A stretch of 43,474 nucleotides of DNA from Patescibacteria group bacterium (GCA_040389345.1 JAZKAE010000003.1:1-43474), one strand, 5' to 3'; positions 24,972 to 33,435 are shown, counted from the stretch's first letter. Translations and numbers: made by a program. Notes: generated by a model not told the origin, from the letters alone.

Positions 24972-27230
24972 CTACTGAGTAGGGGTAGTACCCTGGGCCG
25001 CCCCTTGAAGCGTTTGTCCTTCCGGTGGAATGATGATCTGAGTGCCTCCTGGATTAAGAGGGTTTGTGAGGACAGGTTGATTGATCTGAGGTTGAGGTGC
25101 CGAGTATCCACTGGTCGACATCCAGCGCTGCACGCCGTATTCCCAGTTCTTGAATTCTGGATCTGTACCCGGGTTTGATGGAGCGGGTCCCAAAGGATCA
25201 TTCTTGTCGACATAATAGAGGATATCGTGGGCCTCTCCAGACGGAACCGCAGAGATCGAACCAGTCAGGGGATCATAGACTTGGGTTGTTCCACCCTGCC
25301 ATACTCCACGGAGCACAGGTTTCAGTGTTTGGTCGGTCGGAGTGGGAGAAGGGAAGTTTTCAACAGGGAAAGATGGGAGAGTGGCATCCATCAACTCTCT
25401 CCACATAGGAGCAACGATGAATCCTGCGATCTTCTTTACCATCGGCGTGTTGTCGTTGTTGCCGACCCAGGCTCCGATAACCAGATTTGGTGTATATCCC
25501 ATGATCCAGGCATCGCGCGAATTGTTCGTCGTACCTGTCTTTACTGCTACTTGTCTGCCTGTGATGTTGAGAGGGCTTGAAAGTCCGTATTCAGCACTTC
25601 TGGCGTTGTTGTCAGACAAGATGTCTGAGATCTTTCGGGCGGTATCTGCTGGTAGCACCTCGCTTGGGGAAGGAGTGAACTCCTCAATGACCTTGCCGCT
25701 TCCGTCCTGGATCTTGAGCACCGGATTATAAGGGTTGCGCACTCCATCGTTTGCAAATACAGAATAAGCGCTTGTCAGGTCAAGCGGAGTAACTTCTCCA
25801 CCTCCGAGGACGAGTGTGAGTCCGTATTGTTTTGGATCACCAAGGTCTTCGATGCCCATGGATTTCGCAAGATCCAAAGAATTCTGAATACCGTTCAAAT
25901 AAAGGCCTTTAACTGCGGGAACGTTGATAGAGAGAGCGAGCGCTTCACGAATTCTCATTGGTCCTCTGAACTTGCCATCAAAGTTCCCTGGAGAATAGCA
26001 GCCGTTGTCCGAAGTAAAATTATCCTGCGCACAGTTTACTGAGAATTGGGTAGGGACATCAAAGAGAATCGTGTCCGGCGTATATCCTTTGTTAAACATT
26101 CCCGCATAGACGAACGGCTTGAACGTCGATCCTGGCTGTCGGTGAGCCGTAGCCACGTTGAAGTTTCCATTTATCGAATCATCAAAATAATCACGTGAGC
26201 CGGTCATTGCAAGTATCCCTCCAGTCTTTGGGTCGATCACCACGAACGCATTGTTGTCCGCATTAAAGTTATTTTGGTTCGTTTCGCCGTATTTTTTGGC
26301 GATAGCCTCGGCTTTGGCTTGGATATCATAATCGAGACTCGTGATGATCTTCATGCCGCCTTGCGAGAACGTCTCCTCTCCATACTTCTTCGCCAGATAA
26401 TCCATCACGAAGAACACAAAATGGGGAGCTCTAAGTCCTCCATTGTTTGCCTTTGGACTGAACGTCACTTGCTCCTTTATCGCACCATCATATTCAGCCT
26501 GTGTGATGAAATTGTTCTGAAGCATCTCGCTCAAGACCAAGTTCTTTCTCTCCTCTAGCTTGTCCTTATGAAGCCCGTACGGAGAGTAATAGGTGGGGGC
26601 TTTGGTCATGGCCGCCAGATAGGCCGCCTCAGAAAGCGTGACGTTCTTGGATTCCTTGCCAAAGTAGGATAGGGAGGCCTCCTCCACTCCGTAGATGGCT
26701 CCTCCGTATGGACTCTCGTTCAAGTACAAGTTCAAGATCTGATCTTTCGGCAGGGCCTTGTCGAGCTTTTCTGCGAGGATCCATTCCTTTATCTTTCGAG
26801 TAGGGGTCTTGTCGCCGTTTAAAATAGTGTTCTTCACCACCTGTTGGGTGATGGTTGAACCTCCTTGGGTGTAGGAAAGGGTGGTGAGGTTTACGAGGAC
26901 AGCTCGAAGAAAGGATGAGACCTTGACCCCGCCGTGGTTATAAAAGTCTTTGTCCTCGATGGCGAGCGTGGCCTTCTTGATATTTGGAGAAATAGAATCA
27001 AAAGGAACGACCGTGCGCCTCACATCTGAGGACATGTCATAGAGGAGGACCTGGCCGGTACGGTCGTAGATCTTGGTCGACTGGATCACCTTGCGTTCAC
27101 CCAAGTCGGAGAGGTCGGGGATACGCAAGGAGGCTACCCACAGGAACATTAGTCCCAAAAGGAACAAAAGGCCCGAAAAGGCCAGCAATACCCGATTTCT
27201 CTTCCTATTGTCCTTGCGGCGCTCTTTCAT
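24972..27230 (-). CDS. Class A penicillin-binding protein (glycosyltransferase + transpeptidase)
   Basis: 752 aa with an N-terminal anchor. GT51 motifs EDKDFYNHGG, GGSTITQQ and RKIKE are present. Transpeptidase motifs STFKP, SIN and KTGTT are present. The C-terminal tail is low-complexity and P/Q/T-rich. Confidence 0.92.
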   Translation of the reverse strand: MKERRKDNRKRNRVLLAFSGLLFLLGLMFLWVASLRIPDLSDLGERKVIQSTKIYDRTGQVLLYDMSSDVRRTVVPFDSISPNIKKATLAIEDKDFYNHGGVKVSSFLRAVLVNLTTLSYTQGGSTITQQVVKNTILNGDKTPTRKIKEWILAEKLDKALPKDQILNLYLNESPYGGAIYGVEEASLSYFGKESKNVTLSEAAYLAAMTKAPTYYSPYGLHKDKLEERKNLVLSEMLQNNFITQAEYDGAIKEQVTFSPKANNGGLRAPHFVFFVMDYLAKKYGEETFSQGGMKIITSLDYDIQAKAEAIAKKYGETNQNNFNADNNAFVVIDPKTGGILAMTGSRDYFDDSINGNFNVATAHRQPGSTFKPFVYAGMFNKGYTPDTILFDVPTQFSVNCAQDNFTSDNGCYSPGNFDGKFRGPMRIREALALSINVPAVKGLYLNGIQNSLDLAKSMGIEDLGDPKQYGLTLVLGGGEVTPLDLTSAYSVFANDGVRNPYNPVLKIQDGSGKVIEEFTPSPSEVLPADTARKISDILSDNNARSAEYGLSSPLNITGRQVAVKTGTTNNSRDAWIMGYTPNLVIGAWVGNNDNTPMVKKIAGFIVAPMWRELMDATLPSFPVENFPSPTPTDQTLKPVLRGVWQGGTTQVYDPLTGSISAVPSGEAHDILYYVDKNDPLGPAPSNPGTDPEFKNWEYGVQRWMSTSGYSAPQPQINQPVLTNPLNPGGTQIIIPPEGQTLQGAAQGTTPTQ

Positions 27231-27236
27231 AATGGC

Positions 27237-27245
27237 ATTCTAGCA
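27237..27245 (-). promoter_or_regulatory. Extended -10 TGcTAGAAT, 6 nt before the PBP ATG (27230)
   Basis: The minus strand reads gtagcaTGcTAGAATgccattATG. Confidence 0.45.
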
Positions 27246-27254
27246 TGCTACATT
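27246..27254 (+). promoter_or_regulatory. Extended -10 TGcTACATT, 6 nt before the tyrS ATG (27261)
   Basis: The plus strand reads tctagcaTGcTACATTgtctctATG. Together with the minus-strand element it forms the palindrome tagcatgcta (27241-27250). Confidence 0.45.
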
Positions 27255-27260
27255 GTCTCT

Positions 27261-28442
27261 ATGAATGATATAGACGTAACAGATGTGCTTTCTCGTTCCG
27301 TGGCCGAGATCATAGGCAAAAAAGATATCGAGGATAAACTTGCAGCCGGAGGAGAACTTCGTATTAAACTTGGGATCGATCCGACCTCGCCCGACCTCCA
27401 TATCGGCCGAGCCGTAACTCTGTTGAAGCTCAGGGATTTTCAGAAGCTCGGACACAAAGTTGTGCTTATTGTCGGGGACTTTACTGGACTCATCGGCGAC
27501 ACCTCAGACAAGGACTCTGAGCGACCGATGCTCTCAGAAGAAGTGATCGAGGAGAACAAGAAGACCTATTTTGAGCAGATAGGGAAGATCATCGACCTTT
27601 CTAAGGCTGAACTTCATTACAACAGCTCGTGGCTTTCGGGCCTCACCTATAAAGACATCGGCAAGCAAGCGGATCTTTTCTCTGTCGCTGATTTCATCGC
27701 TCGAGACAACATTAAGAAGCGAATGGATGCAGGCAAGCGCGTATCACTGCGCGAGGTGCTCTATCCCTTGATGCAGGGGTACGATAGTGTGGCGGTGAAA
27801 GCCGACATCGAGCTTGGAGGCACAGATCAACGCTTCAATCTCCTCGCAGGTCGCACGATGCAGGCGGAATACGGCCAAGTGCCTCAGAACATCATCATGA
27901 CCCCGCTTATCGAAGGGCTCGATGGCCGCAAGATGAGCTCAAGCTGGGGCAATACTATCAATTTGAACGCCGAGCCTTCTGATATGTACGGCAAAGTCAT
28001 GAGCTTAGTTGATTCAGAGATCGTCCGATACTTTGAGATCTGTACACGCATCCCAATGAAAGAGGTTAGAGAGGTCTCGGCTGGCCTTGAAGACCAGAGC
28101 CTTCATCCCAAGGATGTAAAGATGAAGCTTGCTCGAGAAATTGTACGCATGTATCACACAGAAGAGGCGGCAGAGGAAGCCGAGAAAAATTTCATTGAAA
28201 CATTCTCGAACAAGGGAGTACCAAGCGATGTGCCCAGCGTGAAGGCAAAAGTCGAGACAAAACTTCTCGACACTCTGCTTGAAGCGGGAGCTATTGAATC
28301 CAAATCTGAAGGACGCAGGCTCATAGAGGAAGGAGCGATCACAAACACAGACAGCGGAAACGGCGTGTCTTCTCCTGATGCTCTTTCAGAACCAGGAACG
28401 TACAAGATAGGGAAGCGAAGGTTCCTCAAGATCGAAGAATAA
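27261..28442 (+). CDS. tyrS: Tyrosine--tRNA ligase
   Basis: 393 aa. HIGH-type DLHIGR, KMSKS-type KMSSS and GTDQRFN are present, with a C-terminal S4-like domain (SKSEGRRLIEEGAI). Confidence 0.92.
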   Translation: MNDIDVTDVLSRSVAEIIGKKDIEDKLAAGGELRIKLGIDPTSPDLHIGRAVTLLKLRDFQKLGHKVVLIVGDFTGLIGDTSDKDSERPMLSEEVIEENKKTYFEQIGKIIDLSKAELHYNSSWLSGLTYKDIGKQADLFSVADFIARDNIKKRMDAGKRVSLREVLYPLMQGYDSVAVKADIELGGTDQRFNLLAGRTMQAEYGQVPQNIIMTPLIEGLDGRKMSSSWGNTINLNAEPSDMYGKVMSLVDSEIVRYFEICTRIPMKEVREVSAGLEDQSLHPKDVKMKLAREIVRMYHTEEAAEEAEKNFIETFSNKGVPSDVPSVKAKVETKLLDTLLEAGAIESKSEGRRLIEEGAITNTDSGNGVSSPDALSEPGTYKIGKRRFLKIEE

Positions 28443-28444
28443 AC

Positions 28445-28473
28445 AAAACCCCGGGATCCCGGGGTTTTGTTTT
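28445..28473. terminator. Bidirectional intrinsic terminator between tyrS and the acidic ORF
   Basis: aaaaccccggg-at-cccggggtttt. A GC-rich palindrome is flanked by an A-tract and a T-tract. Confidence 0.7.
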
Positions 28474-28687
28474 AGCTTTCTAATTCTTCGAGCTCTTCGT
28501 CTATGTCGAGGCCTTCTTCCTCGTCATCTACATCGATGACGTCATCATCATCGTCATCCTCTCCGAGAGCCTTCTTTTTCCCTAGAGGAGCAAGTTCTTC
28601 GTCGATAAGTTTGTCTGCACTGAGGAGGCCGTCATCGAGGTCTCCGTCCATCATGAGATCATCCTTCTTTATTTCGTCGTCTAACAT
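28472..28687 (-). CDS. Hyper-acidic small protein (71 aa)
   Basis: The start is set at ATG 28687 (MLDDEIKKDD), downstream of the ruvC stop at 28728-28730. 33 of 71 residues are D/E and 6 are K. No recognisable family. Confidence 0.45.
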   Translation of the reverse strand: MLDDEIKKDDLMMDGDLDDGLLSADKLIDEELAPLGKKKALGEDDDDDDVIDVDDEEEGLDIDEELEELES

Positions 28688-28727
28688 CGTGAATATATTG
28701 TGATATGAGTAAACGTGTATAGTTGTA

Positions 28728-29246
28728 TCAGATACCTTTATGTGTGGCAAGGTGAGTTATACCCACAGCGATCGCATCTATCTCATCATCGTGCTGTGGG
28801 GTGTGGTCAAGGGTCACAAGTTTCCCCACCATTCGCTCCATATCGCCCTTGCTTGCCTTGCCGTAGCCGGTCACCGCAGCCTTTATTTCTTGGGGAGTAT
28901 ATTCAAATACGGAAAGACCGGCTCGTCCCGCTTCGTACAAAATAACCCCGCGCGCTTCAGCCACTCGTATGCCCGTGGTGACATTTTGACTGAAGAAAAG
29001 CTTCTCGAGTGCAAGATGAGAAGGTTTGTATGCTTTGATCGCCTTGGCCACTTCTTCGCCGATCTGGAGAAGCCGTATCTCCTGGGTGTGCTTTCTGTTA
29101 GTAACAATACAATCCGAATACAATACTTTTTCTTTGGAGTTTTCTTTTATGAGGACGGCGATGCCGGCACGGTCAAAACCCGGATCGATCGCAAGAACAC
29201 TATTCTGCGTTGGTAAAGACGCTTTGGACTTCATCATTTTCCTCAA
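28728..29246 (-). CDS. ruvC: Crossover junction endodeoxyribonuclease RuvC
   Basis: VLAIDPGFDRAGIAV ... EIDAIAVGITH carries the catalytic acidic residues in RuvC positions. It overlaps the yebC 3' end, so the exact start (29246, 29237 or 29234) is uncertain. Confidence 0.85.
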   Translation of the reverse strand: MRKMMKSKASLPTQNSVLAIDPGFDRAGIAVLIKENSKEKVLYSDCIVTNRKHTQEIRLLQIGEEVAKAIKAYKPSHLALEKLFFSQNVTTGIRVAEARGVILYEAGRAGLSVFEYTPQEIKAAVTGYGKASKGDMERMVGKLVTLDHTPQHDDEIDAIAVGITHLATHKGI

Positions 29247-29730
29247 GATCGTTTATAAGTTTTTCAAGCGCTGCCTCATCCTCCGAGGAAAGGGGAACGG
29301 TCATGGTCGGTGCCCACTCCCCATTCTCTTTTGTGAACGCCCACGCAGCTGATCCTTGGGCGGCCAGTGAGCATCCGTTCTCTGAGAGGATGAACTTTAC
29401 CTCCTGAGCTGCTTTGTTTCTGTTCGTGGTGAGTGCTTCAATGATGAGGGCCGATCCGCCGGGGCCATAGGCTTCGTAGGTGATGGCTTCAAAGCTTTCT
29501 GCATCACCGCCTACGCCTTTCTTCACGGCGCGATCGATGTTGTCGCTTGGCATGTTGAACTCACGAGCCTTTTCAATAGCTGCCCTGAGAGTTGGGGATG
29601 AGGTGTCTCCTTTAGCTTCCTTGGACGCAGTGGCGATCAACTTGGCGAACTTGCCGAACATCTTTGACTTCGCGGCATCAGTTGCGCCCTTCTGCCTTTT
29701 TATCTTTGACCATTTATTGTGACCTGACAT
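29200..29730 (-). CDS. yebC: YebC/PmpR-family protein, short form (176 aa)
   Basis: MSGHNKWSKIKRQKGATDAAKSKMFGKF.. is the YebC signature. The start at 29730 is 1 nt after the ruvB stop. It is about 65 aa shorter than the ~246-aa E. coli YebC, with the middle domain missing. Confidence 0.85.
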   Translation of the reverse strand: MSGHNKWSKIKRQKGATDAAKSKMFGKFAKLIATASKEAKGDTSSPTLRAAIEKAREFNMPSDNIDRAVKKGVGGDAESFEAITYEAYGPGGSALIIEALTTNRNKAAQEVKFILSENGCSLAAQGSAAWAFTKENGEWAPTMTVPLSSEDEAALEKLINDLEENDEVQSVFTNAE

Positions 29731-29731
29731 C

Positions 29732-30763
29732 TTAGAGCAATTTATCTTGTAAATTCTTTGGCACAGGGAGGCCAAGGTGCTCATAGGCTTTTGGGGTCAG
29801 ACATCGTCCGCGGGGAGTGCGCTCGATGAATCCCATTTGGATGAGATATGGTTCATTGAATTCTTCGACCGTTCCTTCTTCTTCTGAGAGAGCTGCGGCG
29901 ATCGTACCAAGCCCGACCGGGCCACCTCCAAATTTTGTGGCGATGGTTTCAAGAAGAGTGCGGTCTGAAGGTGTGAGCCCTACTTCATCAATGCCTAAAA
30001 GTTTCAAGGCTTGTTCGACAGTTTCTTTATCCAAATCTTTCTTGTGCACTTGCGCATAGTCGCGGGCACGTTTCAAAAAGTAGTTGGCGGTACGAGGAGT
30101 GAAGCGCGAGCGCTTTGATATTTCTTTCTCTGCTGATCCGTCTGAAGTGACGCCGAGGATCTTTGCGGATCGTTTGATGATCCGTTCTATCTCTTCGTGC
30201 GTATAGAACTCAAGCCTGAAGAGTCCGCCCGAGAAGCGCGAGCGAAGAGGGGAAGACACCATGGAGAGGCGGGTAGTGGCAGCCAGGAGTGTGAAGGGTG
30301 GCAATTCGAGTTGGATAGTGCGCGCGCTCGGACCCTTGCCGATAATGATATCGAGGACCCCGGACTCCATGGCAGGGTAAAGTACTTCCTCGATGGATTT
30401 ATTCAAACGATGGATCTCATCGACAAAAAGGATGTCGCCAGGAGCGAGATTAGTGAGAATGGAGGCGAGGTCGCCAACTTTCTCGATTGCAGGACCAGAG
30501 GTGATCTTCATGGATCTCGCGGTCTCCTTTGCGATCAAATGCGCGAGGGTGGTCTTGCCAAGTCCCGGAGGTCCATAAAAGAGGATGTGTTCAGGCGGAG
30601 TGCCGCGCTCTGAAGCCGCTCTAAGGAGAATGCGGAGGTTCTCCTTGATCGTTTCTTGGCCCACATAATCTTCCCAGCGAGAAGGACGGAGTTCCTCACC
30701 GAGAACAGTAGTCTCAAAAGGCTCACTCTCTATATCTGATATATCTGCTGAGTTACTTGACAT
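29732..30763 (-). CDS. ruvB: Holliday junction branch migration ATPase RuvB
   Basis: 343 aa. Walker A GPPGLGKTTLA, Walker B ILFVDEIHRL and the C-terminal winged helix are present. Confidence 0.95.
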   Translation of the reverse strand: MSSNSADISDIESEPFETTVLGEELRPSRWEDYVGQETIKENLRILLRAASERGTPPEHILFYGPPGLGKTTLAHLIAKETARSMKITSGPAIEKVGDLASILTNLAPGDILFVDEIHRLNKSIEEVLYPAMESGVLDIIIGKGPSARTIQLELPPFTLLAATTRLSMVSSPLRSRFSGGLFRLEFYTHEEIERIIKRSAKILGVTSDGSAEKEISKRSRFTPRTANYFLKRARDYAQVHKKDLDKETVEQALKLLGIDEVGLTPSDRTLLETIATKFGGGPVGLGTIAAALSEEEGTVEEFNEPYLIQMGFIERTPRGRCLTPKAYEHLGLPVPKNLQDKLL

Positions 30764-30770
30764 AAAAAGT

Positions 30771-30776
30771 ATTATA
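30771..30776 (-). promoter_or_regulatory. -10 hexamer TATAAT, 7 nt before the ruvB ATG
   Basis: The minus strand reads ctagcaTATAATactttttATG. Confidence 0.4.
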
Positions 30777-31046
30777 TGCTAGGATACTGGCAGTGATAGG
30801 AACCGCCCGGAAACGGGCAATTTTTATCCAAAACGTTCTCCAAATCATAAATCTCTAAGCAACAACTGCCTTTACTGGCACTTCGAGCGATTCTTTGAGG
30901 ACGTTTTGGTTCGCGCTTGCGCTTGCTGACTCCATCCTAGAAAGTTTCGTTTACCTTTTAGCTTCCGGGTTAAAAGTGTTGCTTGGAGATTTATGCCTTG
31001 GAGCTCGGCCCCAGAGATGGGGTGAATCTCTCCCTCATTATCCATG

Positions 31047-31076
31047 AAAAAAGAGCCCTCACAAGGGTTCTTTTTT
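31047..31076. terminator. Intrinsic terminator downstream of pilB (bidirectional shape)
   Basis: aaaaaagagccct-caca-agggttcttttttc. The 8-bp stem includes one G-T pair and has A- and T-tracts on either side. Confidence 0.6.
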
Positions 31077-31113
31077 CTAAGACAGCCTTTTGCGCGTCTT
31101 TCAAACCTGTGTT

Positions 31114-32796
31114 TTATTCCAGACTCGAAAGGTCGAGTACGCGGCCGAGCTCAGTGAGCGATGTTTCGCCTTTGAGAACCTTGAGAACACCATCTTGGGC
31201 CAAGGTAAGGAGATTTTGAGGCTTGGCCGCGGTCTCAATGTCTCGTTCAGATGGATTGTTGATGACCGCCTTTTCTATATTTGCGTCGATGAGTATCGCT
31301 TCATAGACTCCTACTCGACCTTTGAATCCAAGATTGTGGCACTCAGTACATCCGACAGGTTCATACGCTTTGTCTCTCTGAATTCCTTCAAGATATGTAG
31401 GATCGGTGATGCCGGCGAGAGCCTCTTCGACAATTCCTTTTTGCTTGTCTGTCAGAGCGACTTCTTTCTTACACTTGTCACAGAGCTTTCGAACCAATCT
31501 CTGGGCGATCGATACATTGAGTGCACTTGAGATGATCTTTGGGTTTACGCCGAGGTCGATCAAGCGGGGGAATGAACCCGCTGCTGTGTTCGTGTGGAGC
31601 GTAGAGAGCACGAGGTGTCCAGTAAGAGCTGCATTCACCGCGACTTCGGCGGTTTCGTTGTCTCTGATCTCTCCGACCATGATCACATCAGGGTCTTGGC
31701 GAAGGGCAGAACGGAGTCCTTCGGCGAACGTATAGTCTCCGTCCGGATCCGTTTGGGTTTGCACGATGCCACCCAAGTGATATTCGATCGGGTTCTCGAT
31801 CGTGATCACTTTGATGTCCGGCGAATAGATCTTTCTGAGGAATGCGTAGAGGGTGGTGGTCTTGCCTGATCCGGTGGGTCCTGTGGTGAGGATCATGCCG
31901 TTTGGCTTTGAAATCTCCTTCATGAGCACTTCAAGCAGTCGAGGGTGGATGCCCAAGCTCTCAAGAGGGGCTGAGATCGCTTCAGGGGTGAGTACGCGGA
32001 GCACTACTGATTCATCGTTTGGACCGGGCAAGAGCGAAGTTCTCACTTCGATGTCCTCATCGCCGAGGCGGATCGAGAATCGTCCGTCCTGAGCTTTGCC
32101 TTTGGTGTTGAGCTTCAAGTTTGAAACGAGCTTGATGCGAGAAAGGAGGAGCTCGAAAGTATCCTTGTCGAAATGGAGAATGTCTGTAAGCACGCCGTCG
32201 AGTCTGAATCGTAGGCGAACACTCGTTTCTTCGGGCTCAAGGTGGATATCCGAGGCTTTGAGCGCCACGCCTCCAGCGAGGATGATCTCCAGGATCTTTG
32301 AAATGCGATACGCCTTCTTCATGGAGAGCACATCAGTGATGAGCTTCTCGATGTCTGCGAGCGTCGTAACTTTTTTTATGATATCGAGGATCTCTTGGTT
32401 TGAGATATCGAGCGCCCCAGAGTTGGTTTCAAACGAATAAGAGAGGTCCTTATATCTGTCCCAGACTTTTTGAAGAGAGGCATGAGAGACCATGTAGATA
32501 GTAGGGACGTAGCCGCGGGATTCGAGGTCTGCCACCACAGCGTGAGTCTTGTCGCTCACTGGAGAGAGAACCGCCACATCAAGTTTCTTGTCTGTGACGT
32601 TGAACACCGCCACTTCATTTGAGCGAGCGTCTTCTTCTTTGATAATGCGCAGAGCATCGATGTTTATCGGATGAGCTGAGAGGTCGAGGTAGGGAACACC
32701 ATGCTTTGTAGAAAGGATGGAAGCGAGGTTCTCCTCTTCTTGCCGTTTGAGCATATCTGTCCGTTCGTTTGACTTCTCTTCATCGAATTCGATCAT
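31114..32796 (-). CDS. pilB: Type IV pilus / type II secretion assembly ATPase, PilB/GspE family
   Basis: The N-terminal GSPII_E_N-like region is LASILSTKHGVPYLDLS. Walker A GPTGSGKTTT is present, along with the tetracysteine motif CDKC...CTEC. The start is set at ATG 32796 (MIEFDEEK), 6 nt after a TACAAT -10. The in-frame alternative is 32826. Confidence 0.9.
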   Translation of the reverse strand: MIEFDEEKSNERTDMLKRQEEENLASILSTKHGVPYLDLSAHPINIDALRIIKEEDARSNEVAVFNVTDKKLDVAVLSPVSDKTHAVVADLESRGYVPTIYMVSHASLQKVWDRYKDLSYSFETNSGALDISNQEILDIIKKVTTLADIEKLITDVLSMKKAYRISKILEIILAGGVALKASDIHLEPEETSVRLRFRLDGVLTDILHFDKDTFELLLSRIKLVSNLKLNTKGKAQDGRFSIRLGDEDIEVRTSLLPGPNDESVVLRVLTPEAISAPLESLGIHPRLLEVLMKEISKPNGMILTTGPTGSGKTTTLYAFLRKIYSPDIKVITIENPIEYHLGGIVQTQTDPDGDYTFAEGLRSALRQDPDVIMVGEIRDNETAEVAVNAALTGHLVLSTLHTNTAAGSFPRLIDLGVNPKIISSALNVSIAQRLVRKLCDKCKKEVALTDKQKGIVEEALAGITDPTYLEGIQRDKAYEPVGCTECHNLGFKGRVGVYEAILIDANIEKAVINNPSERDIETAAKPQNLLTLAQDGVLKVLKGETSLTELGRVLDLSSLE

Positions 32797-32802
32797 GCGT
32801 AT

Positions 32803-32808
32803 ATTGTA
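32803..32808 (-). promoter_or_regulatory. -10 hexamer TACAAT, 6 nt before the pilB ATG
   Basis: The minus strand reads aataggaTACAATatacgcATG. Confidence 0.4.
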
Positions 32809-32928
32809 TCCTATTCTCATCCACAAGGCCTAGTTGAGGGCTATTTCTTCTCTATAGGTTCTATTGACATATGGTTAATTTGGGTGTATAATACCTACTA
32901 GAACAATCAACCCACCAGGAGGTGGAAC

Positions 32929-33435
32929 GTGCGGTACCTTCTCATGCTGTGCTTTGTCCTTACGACCGCGTGCGCGTCTTCGAGGGTGATCCCCACGGTC
33001 ACCACCTTCAATTCATGCCCGAACACCCGCGTCGACGTGTATCACGCGAACGGGGAGCGGCTGGTGAGCCTCACGTACGGCGAGGGCCCCAAGACGATCC
33101 AGCTCGACAAGAATCCGCAGAACCAGCGCTTGAACGCCTACGCGTTCTCCCTCGGTTCCCACCAACCGGTCGGCTCGTGGTGGGAGACGTTTCGCGTCGA
33201 TGTGTACCAGCCGAATTATTCGGGGACGTACAGCATCACCGCGCCGCAGCCCAGCTCGACCCCGAACGGCTACACCTGGACGTTCTCATCCGAGAGCCAG
33301 TCATGCCGTTCGCTATCGGATGGTGGTACGGGCGGTAACAACGCCTGGGGCGCGGGTGGTCCGGCGTGGAATGTCATCCCGCAAGCACGCGGGGTGGTAA
33401 ACCCAGCTTGGGGTCGTCCTGGTCCCGCCTGGTAA
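32929..33435 (+). CDS. GC-rich putative lipoprotein of unknown family
   Basis: GTG start 8 nt after AGGAGG. The N-terminus MRYLLMLCFVLTTAC|ASS is lipobox-like. The C-terminal W/G/P motif is repeated (NAWGAGGPAW..NPAWGRPGPAW). G+C is clearly higher than in the neighbours. Confidence 0.6.
   Translation: MRYLLMLCFVLTTACASSRVIPTVTTFNSCPNTRVDVYHANGERLVSLTYGEGPKTIQLDKNPQNQRLNAYAFSLGSHQPVGSWWETFRVDVYQPNYSGTYSITAPQPSSTPNGYTWTFSSESQSCRSLSDGGTGGNNAWGAGGPAWNVIPQARGVVNPAWGRPGPAW

Noticed and set aside
30872-31045. 57-aa basic minus-strand ORF (MDNEGEIHPISGAELQG...) in the pilB-ruvB gap, and plus-strand ORF 30983-31219
   Set aside because: The ATG of the 57-aa ORF abuts the pilB terminator T-tract, with no SD or -10, and no family is recognisable. 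ORF 30983-31219 runs through the terminator into pilB antisense. The region is kept only as an unexplained gap.
32922-33400. Overlapping alternative-frame ORFs 32922-33338(+) and 33200-33400(+) in the GC-rich segment
   Set aside because: High-GC DNA is poor in stop codons, so all frames stay open. Only frame 32929-33435 has an SD, a signal peptide and a G/C-ending third-position bias.
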